Shown: positions 1-11,061 of the stretch, piece by piece
Numbering within the stretch: the stretch's first letter is position 1
Layout of the letters: each line of letters begins with the position of its first letter
Assembly (NCBI RefSeq): GCF_035285525.1
Contig: NZ_JAYKGW010000155.1
Location: 3,225-35,224 of the forward strand
Reading direction: 5' to 3'
Length of the DNA stretch: 32,000 nt
From: Okeania sp.
GTDB lineage: Bacteria; Cyanobacteriota; Cyanobacteriia; Cyanobacteriales; Microcoleaceae
The notes under the pieces: model-generated
What the model was told of the DNA's origin: nothing
Databases searched by the model: none
The model's input: the letters and a program-made list of their open reading frames with translations, nothing else
Translations under genes and position numbers: made by a program

Positions 1-754
1 TTTGTAATGCTTCTAATGGAGACTGTTTTATACCATCACTAACTACTTGATCTACACTAACCAACTCTTCAAGTTCCAGAACAATATTACGTTCTACTTC
101 AGTCACCCGATAAGGTTTACCAATAGGACGACAACCTTGAGCTACTATTGTTTCTAAAATTATCTTACCCGAAAGAGATACACCTACAGTTCCTTCTTGG
201 TAGAAGCGACCTTCACAGAATAGCCCTGTACCTTGACCATTTAATCCGCTACTAGCTAATCCTCCTACCTTGGGAGAATTTGGGTAAGCATAATCTAATC
301 CTTGAAGTAAATCGTTAATTTTAGTAAAAAATGGATCGGCAAGAATAATAAATTGAGGTTGGTCTGCGGTAGGTACTCCAATAAGATTACACCATAGGTC
401 AGGAGAACTATCTAAATCTGGTAAGTGTCCTGCTGATATATGAAAAGCTTTTATTGCTACTTCTGGTAAATGTGCCAAACTAAGGCTAATGGCAATTTGT
501 TGTTCTACTTCTTCTGGTTTATCATTTTCATCCATACCAACAATACCACCGCCACCACAGCCTATCATAATAGTTTCTGGTAGATACTCTTTTAATAGTG
601 GCATTAGTCGTGGATATTCACTGGTAAAAGCTGACGAGATAAATACCAGTCCCAAATCTGCTGTAGCTCCTAATAATTCTAAACTTTTTTCTGCTACTTC
701 TTTAACTGCTGCTTCTAATGAAGGACGAGTTGATAGAAAATTTGACCACCGCAT
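1..754 (-). CDS. FIST-domain signal-transduction protein, N-terminal part (ORF runs off the left edge of the window)
   Basis: Reverse-strand translation from ATG (complement of 752-754) reads MRWSNFLSTRPSLEAAVKEVAEKSLELLGATADLGLVFISSAFTSEYPRLMPLLKEYLPETIMIGCGGGGIVGMDEN...KVGGLASSG...FCEGRFYQEGTVGVSLSGKIILETIVAQGCRPIGKPYRVTE and stays open to position 1. Layout and motifs match cyanobacterial FIST_N/FIST_C proteins as I remember them. It is absent from the ORF track because no stop lies inside the window. Confidence 0.7.
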   Translation of the reverse strand, partial: MRWSNFLSTRPSLEAAVKEVAEKSLELLGATADLGLVFISSAFTSEYPRLMPLLKEYLPETIMIGCGGGGIVGMDENDKPEEVEQQIAISLSLAHLPEVAIKAFHISAGHLPDLDSSPDLWCNLIGVPTADQPQFIILADPFFTKINDLLQGLDYAYPNSPKVGGLASSGLNGQGTGLFCEGRFYQEGTVGVSLSGKIILETIVAQGCRPIGKPYRVTEVERNIVLELEELVSVDQVVSDGIKQSPLEALQ

Positions 755-1228
755 CTGTTTGACGCTCCTTATAATTATGTATGATTATATTCTCTAATCT
801 TAATATCTAGACAGTAGAAAGTTCTAGGAATAATTATTACTAGCTAAGGCTTTCAGCTATCTAAAGGTGAGAAACTTTATATTGGGAACTTTCAGTATAT
901 TCTCCTATTCTAAATTTGTACTCTCCAGTTAATATTTCAATTGTGAATATAAAATCACGAATAGGGCAAAAACCGAACCTGGAAATAAGGTAGAATATTA
1001 GAGAATGGAATTAATTTTCTTAGTCCTTATGAGTTGGTCAGTAAATCTTAAAAGATCAAGATCATTTGGTTAGGAAACCCGAAAAACCTATATATAAAGA
1101 TAAAGAGGGATAATCTTAGCTAATTTATTGGACTATCCTTTAATTCCTAGCCCCTTTTATCGTGTTCTAGTTTAGTTAAAAATATAGAACTTAAAATTTG
1201 TAGGTAGTAAATCAAAATAAAAAAAACT

Positions 1229-1456
1229 ATGACTAATCAAAACATTCAAGAAAAAATCGAGCAAGAGCGCGAGAATGCTCGTGAAGCTTGTGATATTTCT
1301 GGTGCTAACTCTAAAGAATGTGCAGCAGCTTGGGATGCAGTCGAAGAACTTCAAGCGGAAGCTTCTCATCAAAGTAAGACAAAACCAAAAAATTCCTTTG
1401 AAACTTATTGCGATGATAATCCTGATGCTCTTGAGTGTCGAGTACATGATAACTAG
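1229..1456 (+). CDS. cp12: CP12, Calvin-cycle GAPDH/PRK regulatory protein
   Basis: 75-aa ORF with the CP12 core motif AWDAVEELQAE and the C-terminal Cys pair YCDDNPDALECRVHDN. Size is typical for cyanobacterial CP12. Confidence 0.9.
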   Translation: MTNQNIQEKIEQERENAREACDISGANSKECAAAWDAVEELQAEASHQSKTKPKNSFETYCDDNPDALECRVHDN

Positions 1457-1484
1457 GATTAACTGATTTAACTACTAATAATTG

Positions 1485-1512
1485 AATAAACTACATCAAA
1501 ATGCAGTTTATT
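1485..1512 (+). terminator. Candidate terminator hairpin downstream of cp12
   Basis: AATAAACTACA-TCAAAA-TGCAGTTTATT forms an 11-bp stem with one mismatch, 29 nt after the cp12 stop. The stem is AT-rich and the T-tract weak. Confidence 0.3.
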
Positions 1513-1522
1513 TAATATGATC

Positions 1523-1611
1523 AGGATTTACGCAAAGTCACTATATATAGAGTCTGGGTGCGTTAGCGGTAGCGTAACGCACCCTACCAATAGCGTTCAT
1601 GTGTAAGTCCT
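1523..1611. repeat. Hairpin-ended small dispersed element (AGGAyTTACGCA...GTAAGTCCT family, class a)
   Basis: AGGATTTACGCAAAGTCACTATATATAGAGT...GGTAGCGTAACGCACCCTACCAATAGCGTTCATGTGTAAGTCCT. The ends are inverted repeats and the interior closely matches the copy at 8119-8207. Confidence 0.8.
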
Positions 1612-1888
1612 AATTATGTTCAGCAAATAAGCAACTGAAGTCCTTGAGTTTGTGGCTCAGTTGCTTAATATTGAACTAATATCAGAAAATCAATTAATAC
1701 AGTTTAGATAATTAAACTAGATTTCCATATAGACAAGCAATATGCTTGTGTTGCTGAACAGTATGGCACTGTAAAATAAATAAATTTTTATTGTTGAATT
1801 ATTCATGTTTATAGCAGTTTCTAGCAATAGAGAAAACTATCTTCAAAAACAAAACCATTTTTAGGAATTTTCTTAGTTAAAGAGTAAT

Positions 1889-2138
1889 TAACTAGGGTTT
1901 GCTGATTAAACCTAAAATAATTTACAGATAAAAAAGTCACCCTTTTCAGACTCTAAAAAGAGTAAGTTTTTACGTCTGAAAAATTAAAAAAAGTTAGAAT
2001 TTTGGGGTAACGCGAGGCAGACAAACAAAGGAACCTTTCTTAAAAAATACCTTCTCTATAACTCCTAGTTCGTCCTGATTTTTAACTACTCCCTAATCCC
2101 TACCTCCATAAAAAGACTTTCCATACCCAAACCCTAAA
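1889..2138. mobile_element. MITE, TAGGGTTTGC-terminus family (variant with ACTCCCT heptamer tract)
   Basis: Left end TAACTAGGGTTTGCTGATTAAACCTAAAATAA and right end ...AAAAAGACTTTCCATACCCAAACCCTAA are inverted. Length is ~250 bp with no ORF. The layout matches the copy at 18269-18537. Confidence 0.65.
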
Positions 2139-2406
2139 TAAAAACTATGTAAGCATTTCCTACAGAATGCTTCGCCAACAGTCCTCAGCTAAAAGCCAAC
2201 AGCTATCAGCTATAATTTATTAACTGATTATATGATAATCTTGGAATCAGAGATTAGCTTTCCAGGAAAATTAAAAGTTATTAGTAAAGTATACTCCTGT
2301 AACCTGAAAAATAATTATTCATTATTTGCTGATTGCTGAGGTGCTAATATTTCAATGCTTACAAAACTACTATCTATAGAAAATATCGATAAATTACTAA
2401 GTTATT

Positions 2407-3027
2407 ATGTTGAATTATTTACCCTTAGCTATTACATCTGAATTAGATATTTGGGTTTGGCTAGACTATAGATTAGCAGTATTATTTACTGTGATAATAC
2501 CTCTATTTTTATTAGTTTGGGCTTTTGTCAAAAGAGCTGAATCTATTCAACACTTGTTGATTATTTATTGGCGAGTTGCTAGTTTATTGGCAATCACAGT
2601 TTACTTAATGATTGCTGCAATACCTATCAGTTTTTTCACATCATTAATAGCTAGATTATTAATTCCTATATCTTTATGGTTTTGGGTAGATTTGAATGAA
2701 GAAATTAGAGAAGCTCGAAATTCTCCTCTCAAAACAAGTTTTACTTCTTGGCGCGTTGCCTGTACTATTTATAATATCATCGGCGTAATACTGCAAATTC
2801 CTTTTGGACTTTGTGGTTTTAAATCCCGAAGTGAATTACTAAGCGATCCTTTGTGTAATGTTTGGTTAAATCCACCTTGGGCATTTAAAGAAATTTTTCA
2901 TCCAGATTGGCCTCAAGAATTTATAGGTTTTTTGGGATTTTCTGGATTAATAATTTATACAATTTTTCTTTGCTATTTCGCTTTAGTAAAGCTACAAAGA
3001 CAAGGACGATCTGCTACGGGAAATTAA
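2407..3027 (+). CDS. Conserved cyanobacterial integral membrane protein (possibly DUF3177-like; family assignment uncertain)
   Basis: 206-aa ORF with several hydrophobic helices (LAVLFTVIIPLFLLVWAF, VASLLAITVYLMIAAIPISFF, LLIPISLWFWV, FIGFLGFSGLIIYTIFLCYFALV). It is a long open frame in stop-rich AT-rich DNA. Confidence 0.65.
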   Translation: MLNYLPLAITSELDIWVWLDYRLAVLFTVIIPLFLLVWAFVKRAESIQHLLIIYWRVASLLAITVYLMIAAIPISFFTSLIARLLIPISLWFWVDLNEEIREARNSPLKTSFTSWRVACTIYNIIGVILQIPFGLCGFKSRSELLSDPLCNVWLNPPWAFKEIFHPDWPQEFIGFLGFSGLIIYTIFLCYFALVKLQRQGRSATGN

Positions 3028-3229
3028 TAATATTAAGTATCTAAATTAAATTCTTTTGAGAGGCTTAATTATTTATTATTCTTTTTCATCCAAACGACTA
3101 CTAAAATGACGTACTTCTTCTAAGAGAATATTAAATAGTTGATCGTTTTCCTCTTGACTTTGTGTTATTTCCAGATATCTCTGAGTTTGTGCTGCTACTT
3201 GAAGTAAAGCTTGAGTTGAAAAATAAAAA

Positions 3230-3529
3230 ATGAACAAGAATATTGCTCATCGTTTAGAACAGTACACAATTAAACGACCAAATCAAGTATTAATAGTTAA
3301 GACAGTAATTAATGAACAGCCAGATGAAATAGCTATCTTTAAAGGTTTCTCTAGTTCTCTAATGCAGTCTACTAATTTTAACCCAGATATACCAGTATTA
3401 CCAGAAACAACTAAAATTATCAGTATTGATATACTTGCTAGTCCCTACAATCCAGAATCACCTATCTATATTCAACAGGGACTGACTTGGGAACAAATGC
3501 AGTCCCTGTTAATAGAAGTAAGACTTTAG
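3230..3529 (+). CDS. Hypothetical protein (99 aa)
   Basis: Open frame with an ATG start and protein-like composition. I recognised no family. It converges on atpC with overlapping stop codons. Confidence 0.5.
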   Translation: MNKNIAHRLEQYTIKRPNQVLIVKTVINEQPDEIAIFKGFSSSLMQSTNFNPDIPVLPETTKIISIDILASPYNPESPIYIQQGLTWEQMQSLLIEVRL

Positions 3530-3939
3530 TTAACCATTCCACCTGCTGCTTGCAAACGCGCTCTGGCTCGCTTTAAGGTTTTTTTAGCTTGAATCTTTTC
3601 TTCAAGATTATCACCACTTTCAGCACTTTGCAGACGTTTTTCAGCTTCATCAAAAGCTAGACGAGCTGCTTCCTTATCAATGTCTTCTCCTTTTTCCGCG
3701 CCATTAACAAGTATAGTTACTTCATTTTCTTCCACTTCCGCAAAACCACCCATAAGGGCGATCGGTGTCCAGTCCTTTTCCGCACGAACTCGCATTACAC
3801 CTGCATCAAGAGCAGTCAACAGAGGAGCGTGTCCACTTAAAATGCCTAATTGGCCTGTCGTACTAGGTAAAATTACTTCTTGAGCTTCTGAGTCCCAAAC
3901 TGTTTTGTCGGGAGCTATTACACGCACAGTTAATGTCAT
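3526..3939 (-). CDS. atpC: F0F1 ATP synthase subunit epsilon
   Basis: [52 protein letters not shown]... is the canonical F1 epsilon N-terminal beta-sandwich, followed by a helical C-terminus. It lies downstream of the beta subunit, as in the cyanobacterial atpBE operon. Confidence 0.95.
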   Translation of the reverse strand: MTLTVRVIAPDKTVWDSEAQEVILPSTTGQLGILSGHAPLLTALDAGVMRVRAEKDWTPIALMGGFAEVEENEVTILVNGAEKGEDIDKEAARLAFDEAEKRLQSAESGDNLEEKIQAKKTLKRARARLQAAGGMVN

Positions 3940-4233
3940 TTGTCAATAATTTGTTATTGTTTTTTATATTTCAGTTATTTGAGTTATCAGTTATTAGTTA
4001 TCAGCTAGAGCACTTTCCATCGCTATTAAGTACATATCTAAGGATAAATATGACCATATTACAAGTACTTTAAGATTTATGCTTGTACATCAATCGATCT
4101 AAAATATACTCTATAAGGAATAACTTCTGACTTCTGACTGCCGATCCATACCTCTGGATAAAACCAGAGGTTTGAGACCTGATCTTTTCGTCAAGATTTA
4201 TCTGATAACTGATGGGTAAGAGAGAAGGTCTAA

Positions 4234-5778
<1,545 letters not shown>

Positions 5779-6364
5779 TCAATTATCAATTAGCTATCAG
5801 CTTTTAGCATTCAGCTAGTCTCTTGCAGAGGAACTGCGTTAACAGCTTTTTGCAGCTCTGGGAGCAAATGCCCCAGCTATTTATTGTGCAGGATTGTTGA
5901 GTTGGAGTGAAAATCTCCAACTCATAGTGTCAAAAAATAATCTTGCTGACTGCTGAGTGCTGGCCGCTGACCGCTTTTTTTTAAGAAAAACCCTAACAGG
6001 GCTAGGGTTGAAACCCAATTTTTCGGTCATATTTTAGAGTATCATTGAAGGGTTCATCCGAGATGATATTAATTTTTTTGCTCAGAAATTTTTTCTAATC
6101 ATACTAGAGGAATTTTTAATATCACTTTATGTTTATATTGTCAAATATATAAAACAGATATAATAACTCAATAGTGTAAAGTTATAGGAATAACTACTTG
6201 TAGCTAAGGCTTTCAGCTATCTAAAAGTATTCAGGATTGTAGGTAATGTAAGCCTTTTCCAGTAATACTTTCAGCCTGAAAAGCAAATGATTTTTTAGGA
6301 TAACTTTGTACTCTCAAGATCATAACAATATTAAAATTATTACTTGTATTTGTTATACTATTAC

Positions 6365-6655
6365 TCAACTATTATTATTCTCAGTATTTGGGTTAGCTTT
6401 AACACGTCTAATTGGTAAATTGGCCACCAAAGCTGTAGCTCTTTGATTATTTTCCAACAAAAATTCTGAGTCCCTATCATCTATTTCGACATAACGGGAC
6501 ACTACTTCCATAATTTCTTTTCTCATGGCTTCAATGGTTTCTGGATTAAGGTCAGCACGGTCATGGGCAATAACCAATTTCAGGCGACGCTTAACTTCTT
6601 CACGACTCTTAGAAGCATTTCTAGAAAAAAGTTTTTCTATAATTTCATTTAACAT
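6365..6655 (-). CDS. minE: Cell division topological specificity factor MinE
   Basis: [59 protein letters not shown]...LVANLPIRR matches MinE. I place the start at the internal ATG (complement of 6653-6655), giving 96 aa. The ORF track's longer version (to 6721) adds 22 residues that are not MinE-like. Confidence 0.85.
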   Translation of the reverse strand: MLNEIIEKLFSRNASKSREEVKRRLKLVIAHDRADLNPETIEAMRKEIMEVVSRYVEIDDRDSEFLLENNQRATALVANLPIRRVKANPNTENNNS

Positions 6656-6717
6656 TAGCTTATCTTGAACTAACATAATTAGTTTACGAGGTAGGTTGAG
6701 GTAAGTTTTTTTTAGGA

Positions 6718-7524
6718 TCAAACAACTTTAGATGACAATAATTTACGCAACCAAGTAAAAAAATTTTCTTGAGGAGGGTTTAAGTCAAGAAACTCTACTC
6801 TTTCTCCATCTAAACGACGAGCAATATTATTAAATTCCAAACCTGCTTGAGAAGGATTTTCTGCTAAGACTAAAGGTTCGCCTCGGTTAGTAGAGACAAT
6901 TACTTTTTCATCATCTGGAATAATTCCCATTAGTGGAATAGCCAATATTTCTTTAACGTCTTGTACAGACATCATTTCATCAGCTAGCACCATATTTGGT
7001 CTAATGCGATTAACGATAAGATTGATTTTCCGGACATTATGTGCTTCTAGGAGTCCAATTACTCTGTCTGCATCACGGACTGCAGATATTTCTGGAGTAG
7101 TAATAATTATAGCTTCTTGGGCTGGTGCAATTGCATTCTGGAACCCTTGTTCAATACCAGCAGGACAGTCAATCAAAATATATTCATATTTTGGCACTAA
7201 CATATTGACTAATTCCTGCATTTGTTGAGGAGTAACTGCTTCTTTCATGCGGTTTTGAGCCGCCGGTAAAAGGGATAAACGGGGTTGTCGTTTATCCCTA
7301 ACTATTGCTTGTTCCAGACGACATTCTCCTGCTAAGACCTCCATTGCTGTATAAACAATTCTATTTTCCAAACCCAAAAGTAAGTCCAAATTTCTCAAAC
7401 CGAAATCTGCATCAATTAGTGCAACTCGGCGACCTTGTTGAGCTAAAGCCATACCTAGGTTGGCTGTGCAGGTAGTTTTTCCTACTCCACCTTTACCAGA
7501 AGTAATCACAATAATTTTGCTCAT
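6718..7524 (-). CDS. minD: Septum site-determining ATPase MinD
   Basis: 268 aa with the deviant Walker [29 protein letters not shown], and a C-terminal amphipathic tail FFTWLRKLL. Confidence 0.95.
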   Translation of the reverse strand: MSKIIVITSGKGGVGKTTCTANLGMALAQQGRRVALIDADFGLRNLDLLLGLENRIVYTAMEVLAGECRLEQAIVRDKRQPRLSLLPAAQNRMKEAVTPQQMQELVNMLVPKYEYILIDCPAGIEQGFQNAIAPAQEAIIITTPEISAVRDADRVIGLLEAHNVRKINLIVNRIRPNMVLADEMMSVQDVKEILAIPLMGIIPDDEKVIVSTNRGEPLVLAENPSQAGLEFNNIARRLDGERVEFLDLNPPQENFFTWLRKLLSSKVV

Positions 7525-7695
7525 AAGCTATTAGATATTAAGTATAAGTAATATATATATAGTCAATTTTTGTTATAGTACAAAGGAGGCTTTTATAAAT
7601 AAAATTTTATTTTTGCCAAATTTTAAGTCAGTCAGCCAAGATCTTCAAGCTTGTATATTCTAAACTTTATATGAGTATTTTTCCCTAAAAATTTT

Positions 7696-7971
7696 TAACT
7701 AGGGCTTGCTGAAAAAGTCTTTTTGTCAGAGGAGAATCCAGGAGAAATGAGAAATGAGAAACATAAAAGAGTAGGGACCTTGGATGCAAGTTGCGTACAA
7801 AAGAATCAACATTATGATTTTCTGCCCCTCGAAATTCCCAAAATCCTAGAATGCATAATTTTTCGGGAACCGTACTGGAATCACCTAAAAGCTGGTACTT
7901 TATTAGTCTCTGTAAAAGCTGAAATCTTTACCAGTAAACACTTTTATATTTACATACGCAAACCCTAACTA
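7696..7971. mobile_element. MITE, TAGGGTTTGC-terminus family (diverged copy) inserted between minC and minD
   Basis: Left end TAACTAGGGCTTGCTGAAAAAGTCTTTTTGTCAGAGG and right end ...CATACGCAAACCCTAACTA are inverted. The interior block CACCTAAAAGCTGGTACTTT...AAAAGCTGAAA is shared with the copies at 14392 and 17507. Confidence 0.65.
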
Positions 7972-8118
7972 TTTATCAAAATAATTAATTGGGTCTAAAA
8001 CCCCGCTTTGATCGGCGAAATGTTTTTGGAGCTTTACTCAAATCCCCGTTACAAAAACAACTTCTGATTTCTGATTTCGTGAACTTGAGGCCATTAATTG
8101 TGACTGATTAAAAATACT

Positions 8119-8207
8119 AGGACTTACGCAAAGACACTATATATAGAGTATTGGTGCGGGACGAGGTATGTAACGCACCCTACCAGTAGCGTTAATGCGT
8201 AAGTCCT
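8119..8207. repeat. Hairpin-ended small dispersed element (class a)
   Basis: AGGACTTACGCAAAGACACTATATATAGAGT...TAACGCACCCTACCAGTAGCGTTAATGCGTAAGTCCT, near-identical in layout to 1523-1611. Confidence 0.85.
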
Positions 8208-8258
8208 AAATACAATTTTTGTAGACTATTAATTATACATCATAAATAATATTTATCC

Positions 8259-9041
8259 CTACATCCTAGCAAAATCTCTAGCTCTACTAATACGAATACT
8301 TTGATCTACCACATAAGCCACTTCTGGATAAAATTGGACTGGTGGTTTTTCTGGCCCTCTAGCGACTTGCTCGGCAATCCTAATTAGAGCTGGTTCCATC
8401 TGCAAAGTCATAATTACGCTCTTAGAATTTCCTCTAGCACCTGCATGGACTACTCCCCGTAAACGACCCCACACCAGAATATCTCCATCTGCAATTACAG
8501 AGCCACCAGGATTTAGGTCTCCTACAACTATTACAGTACCTGGATGCCGAATTTCTACTCCAGAACGTACAGTCATTTCTAGATAAAGTGGTTCAGCTAA
8601 AGGTTGAACTTTTTCTGGGGAATTTTGGTTGAGACTGGTGGAAATAGATTTTTGTTCCACAGAATAACCTACTGTAGCTGCTGCTACAGCAGTTTGACGA
8701 CGTGAGGTGTGAACTTTCTCTAGTTGTAGTTTTTCTTCTTGAAGAGCTTCGGCTATTTCTTGCAGTTGGCGAGTATCTAATAGACGGTCAAATGCAATTA
8801 GCTCTACTTCTGTTTTTGGTTGCCAAAATTTCTCTCCTGCGATGAGGCGTTGTTTTAACTGTTGCCAAATTTCTGTCCAAGTCATGGGTGTTGGATTTTC
8901 TATCTCTCCATTATTAGATTCGGGAGGCAATAATAATAACAATTTTCCCTCCTCTGTTTTGAACCGTACTTGTAAATTGGTATCTATTTGTTTTTCTGGT
9001 TCTGAGGTAGAAGTGGTTGAGGTGGAAGCATCAGAAGACAT
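8259..9041 (-). CDS. minC: Septum site-determining protein MinC
   Basis: The C-terminal beta-helix domain VRSGVEIRHPGTVIVVGDLNPGGSVIADGDILVWGRLRGVVHAGARGN...IRIA is typical of MinC. It lies upstream of minD-minE on the same strand. Confidence 0.9.
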   Translation of the reverse strand: MSSDASTSTTSTSEPEKQIDTNLQVRFKTEEGKLLLLLPPESNNGEIENPTPMTWTEIWQQLKQRLIAGEKFWQPKTEVELIAFDRLLDTRQLQEIAEALQEEKLQLEKVHTSRRQTAVAAATVGYSVEQKSISTSLNQNSPEKVQPLAEPLYLEMTVRSGVEIRHPGTVIVVGDLNPGGSVIADGDILVWGRLRGVVHAGARGNSKSVIMTLQMEPALIRIAEQVARGPEKPPVQFYPEVAYVVDQSIRISRARDFARM

Positions 9042-9208
9042 AGAGTATGGGTTATTTTCTATCTTTTCTTATGGTTTAGATGAGCATATTATATAATCAT
9101 TAGTCCAGAGTTTGGTTATTGTGTTATTTAGATTTTTTTACCATAAGATACAGCAGTAGTCAAGTTATAATTTCAAGTCGTAAAGGGTAAGGCAGAAGGC
9201 AGGAGGGT

Positions 9209-9347
9209 GTAGGGGAGTAGGGGGAGTAGGGGAGTAGGGGGAGTAGGGGAGAAAGATTCTGGTTGGGTTTCGCATTTCCATGCTCCGCAACCCTAAAGGG
9301 AACAACCCAACCTATATTGAACCATTTAAGGTGTGTCAGTCTAGTAG
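9209..9347. repeat. Composite repeat: GGGGAGTA-type short tandem array, GGTTGGGTT...AACCCAACC hairpin and CATTTAAGGTGTGTCAGTCTAGTAG module
   Basis: GTAGGGGAGTAGGGGGAGTAGGGGAGTAGGGGGAGTAGGGGAG is followed by AGATTCTGGTTGGGTTTCG...CAACCCAACC and CATTTAAGGTGTGTCAGTCTAGTAG. The same three-part order recurs at 25705-25838. Confidence 0.75.
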
Positions 9348-9720
9348 AGGACTGTTTCATCTAATAACTGTGCAGAGGGATTTTCTCTCTTGCTACCTTG
9401 TCTACCTTGTCTAGACACAATCAAAAAGTAATGCACCATTTAAGATGAAACAATACAGTACTGATTATCCAAAAATCATATTAGTAGGATTTATTTGAGT
9501 TAGTAAAGCTATTACAGGCAAGATGTCTGTACGTCTGTGGTACTTCAATCATCATAACTTTTAAACAGGTGACATGATTGATTCGACTTGATTCTATTTT
9601 TCTGATCGCTTATCCTACAGAATACTGGTCAACTGGAAGATTGGAAAAACTATTGGAAATAGGTGTTAATCAGATTTAATTAGGACTGACAAATTCTGTT
9701 CGCAGAAATCTCATGAAACT

Positions 9721-9821
9721 AGGACTTGCGCAGAAACTGGGTTGATTTAGGGAAATTTTGTTGTTTGAAGAACAATATCACCGCCATCAACCTGGTTTCT
9801 TGGTTGTGCGTGCGTAAGTCC
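9721..9821. repeat. Hairpin-ended small dispersed element (class b)
   Basis: AGGACTTGCGCAGAAACTGGGTTGAT...CCTGGTTTCTTGGTTGTGCGTGCGTAAGTCC. The interior matches the copy at 17339-17454. Confidence 0.8.
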
Positions 9822-9894
9822 AGATGAAGTCATTTGTAAGAAAAAATTTTAGGGGTTTCGAGACCAAACCCCGTTAGATAAAATATTACAATGT

Positions 9895-10087
9895 CAGAAC
9901 TAAAGGCATGAATGCTAATTTTAGGGTGTGTTTTGACTTTATTATGTCTGTCCCGGAGCATTTTGCTCCGGGACATGTTTGCGGAAATGTAGCATCCCGT
10001 AGGGAATCATTCCGCAGGAAAGGAAAAAGCGCACAACGCACAACGCACCAAGACTCTATAGATAGATAGTACCTTTGCATAAGTCCT
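9895..10087 (-). repeat. Hairpin-ended small dispersed element (expanded class a, reverse orientation, degenerate left end)
   Basis: It ends ...AAAAGCGCACAACGCACAACGCACCAAGACTCTATAGATAGATAGTACCTTTGCATAAGTCCT. This is the reverse complement of the left half of the 24825-24981 copy. Confidence 0.6.
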
Positions 10088-10384
10088 GATATATTTAAGT
10101 TTCCTGAAAAAGTCTAATAGTGATGATAGGGAACATTTAACTAGGAAATTGATTTTGCATAACAGTCATTGCGACGATAGAAAGCAATTTCAGAGACCTA
10201 AAGAGATTGCTTCTTTCCACTTCTAATGACTTAAGTATAGAATTATCCGGATTTTATATACTTTGGATATTATTGCGGAATGGGAGCACATTCCGCACCG
10301 AAGAACTGACGTCTAATATCTGAATGGGAGCGCATTCCACAGGAAATGCTTACATTAGGAATTATGAATAATTACTTTATGTAT

Positions 10385-10412
10385 TAGGGGGTTAAGGATG
10401 ATTAACCCCCTA
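10385..10412 (+). terminator. Strong GC-cored hairpin, terminator-like (copy A)
   Basis: TAGGGGGTTAA-GGATGA-TTAACCCCCTA forms an 11-bp perfect stem, followed by TAAATTTTGTATATTTTC. It is conserved in copy B with a slightly different loop. Confidence 0.4.
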
Positions 10413-11031
10413 TAAATTTTGTATATTTTCATCTTTTTGTAACTTATCATACATTATGAAAATATAGATTTAATTTGATGGGTTTACCTAATTAATTAAT
10501 TAGGGTATGTAAATATAGCAATTTATATACTGATGAGGTCAAAAGTTTCGATTTGAGCTAACCTTAACCAGGAATAAAAAGAAAAAGATAAGTTTATCTC
10601 ACGAGCTTAAAAACCGCTATACATTTTTTCCTACTTTACGATAACTTCATATTAGTCATAATATCTTGTTTTCACTACAACATATAAATGACTAGGTAAC
10701 ATTTTTTATTTTGTTATTTTGCTCAGTATAATTTTGGTTTCAAGCCTATATTAATACAAATATAGTAATCTTATTTTCATCCTATCCAAAATTGCTTTGC
10801 TTTGAGTGCATAAGGAACAGAGAATAGTAAATAGGTGAAAGTTTAGGTTTTTTTATTGACTTTTTGATTTATCGGAAACAATTTAGGATGGCTATATAGC
10901 TTCAGTATATTAAATGTGTTTAGGTATAAAATGATCATAGACTTAGATGAAATATTTCCGTATAAAAACTATTGAAGCGAGTTAAATACCAGAAGAGTTT
11001 TTAAAGATTCAGTAAATTTATAGACAAAGGG

Positions 11032-11061
11032 TTGTCATGTTTAAGTAAGAATGGCTATAGT
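11032..11061 (+). promoter_or_regulatory. Candidate sigma70-type promoter of PEP-CTERM gene A
   Basis: TTGTCA, 18 nt, TATAGT. The sequence is conserved in copy B (13299-13328). It would give a ~280-nt 5' leader. Confidence 0.35.

Noticed and set aside
489-797. 102-aa plus-strand ORF from the track
   Set aside because: It lies antisense to the much longer FIST-domain frame that is open from 754 to the window edge. Its translation is low-complexity (PPPPQP, SS-rich). It is a shadow ORF.
1172-1466. ORFs 1172..1447 (-) and 1275..1466 (+) overlapping cp12
   Set aside because: Both overlap the unmistakable CP12 frame and translate to hydrophobic, Ile/Phe/Leu-rich AT-rich nonsense. They are shadow ORFs.
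3076-3237. 53-codon minus-strand ORF between the membrane protein gene and ORF99 (…QALLQVAAQTQRYLEITQSQEENDQLFNILLEEVRHFSSRLDEKE)
   Set aside because: The translation looks protein-like, but the only possible start is a TTG that overlaps the ATG region of the opposing ORF. It has no ATG, no recognisable family, and is below the 60-aa track cutoff. It may be a gene remnant, and the support is insufficient to call it.
3526-3529. Overlapping convergent stop codons of atpC (-) and ORF99 (+)
   Set aside because: The overlap is real in the sequence (cTTTAGTTAAcc), but such 4-bp convergent overlaps are common and carry no obvious functional meaning.
6656-6721. 22-codon N-terminal extension of minE (the track's start at 6721, overlapping the minD stop)
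   Set aside because: The extension [22 protein letters not shown] has no counterpart in MinE proteins I know. The internal Met gives the canonical [11 protein letters not shown]-terminus and a typical length of ~96 aa. I cannot exclude the longer form without homologue alignment.
7723-7968. 81-aa ORF between minD and minC
   Set aside because: It lies entirely inside a MITE (7696-7971) whose other copies do not keep the frame open.
8842-9096. 84-aa plus-strand ORF
   Set aside because: It lies antisense to the minC N-terminal region. It is a shadow ORF.
9160-10080. ORFs 9160..9360 (-) and 9886..10080 (-)
   Set aside because: Both are translations of repeat elements (the GGGGAGTA array and the hairpin-ended element). 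The PYSPYSP-type low complexity comes from the tandem array.
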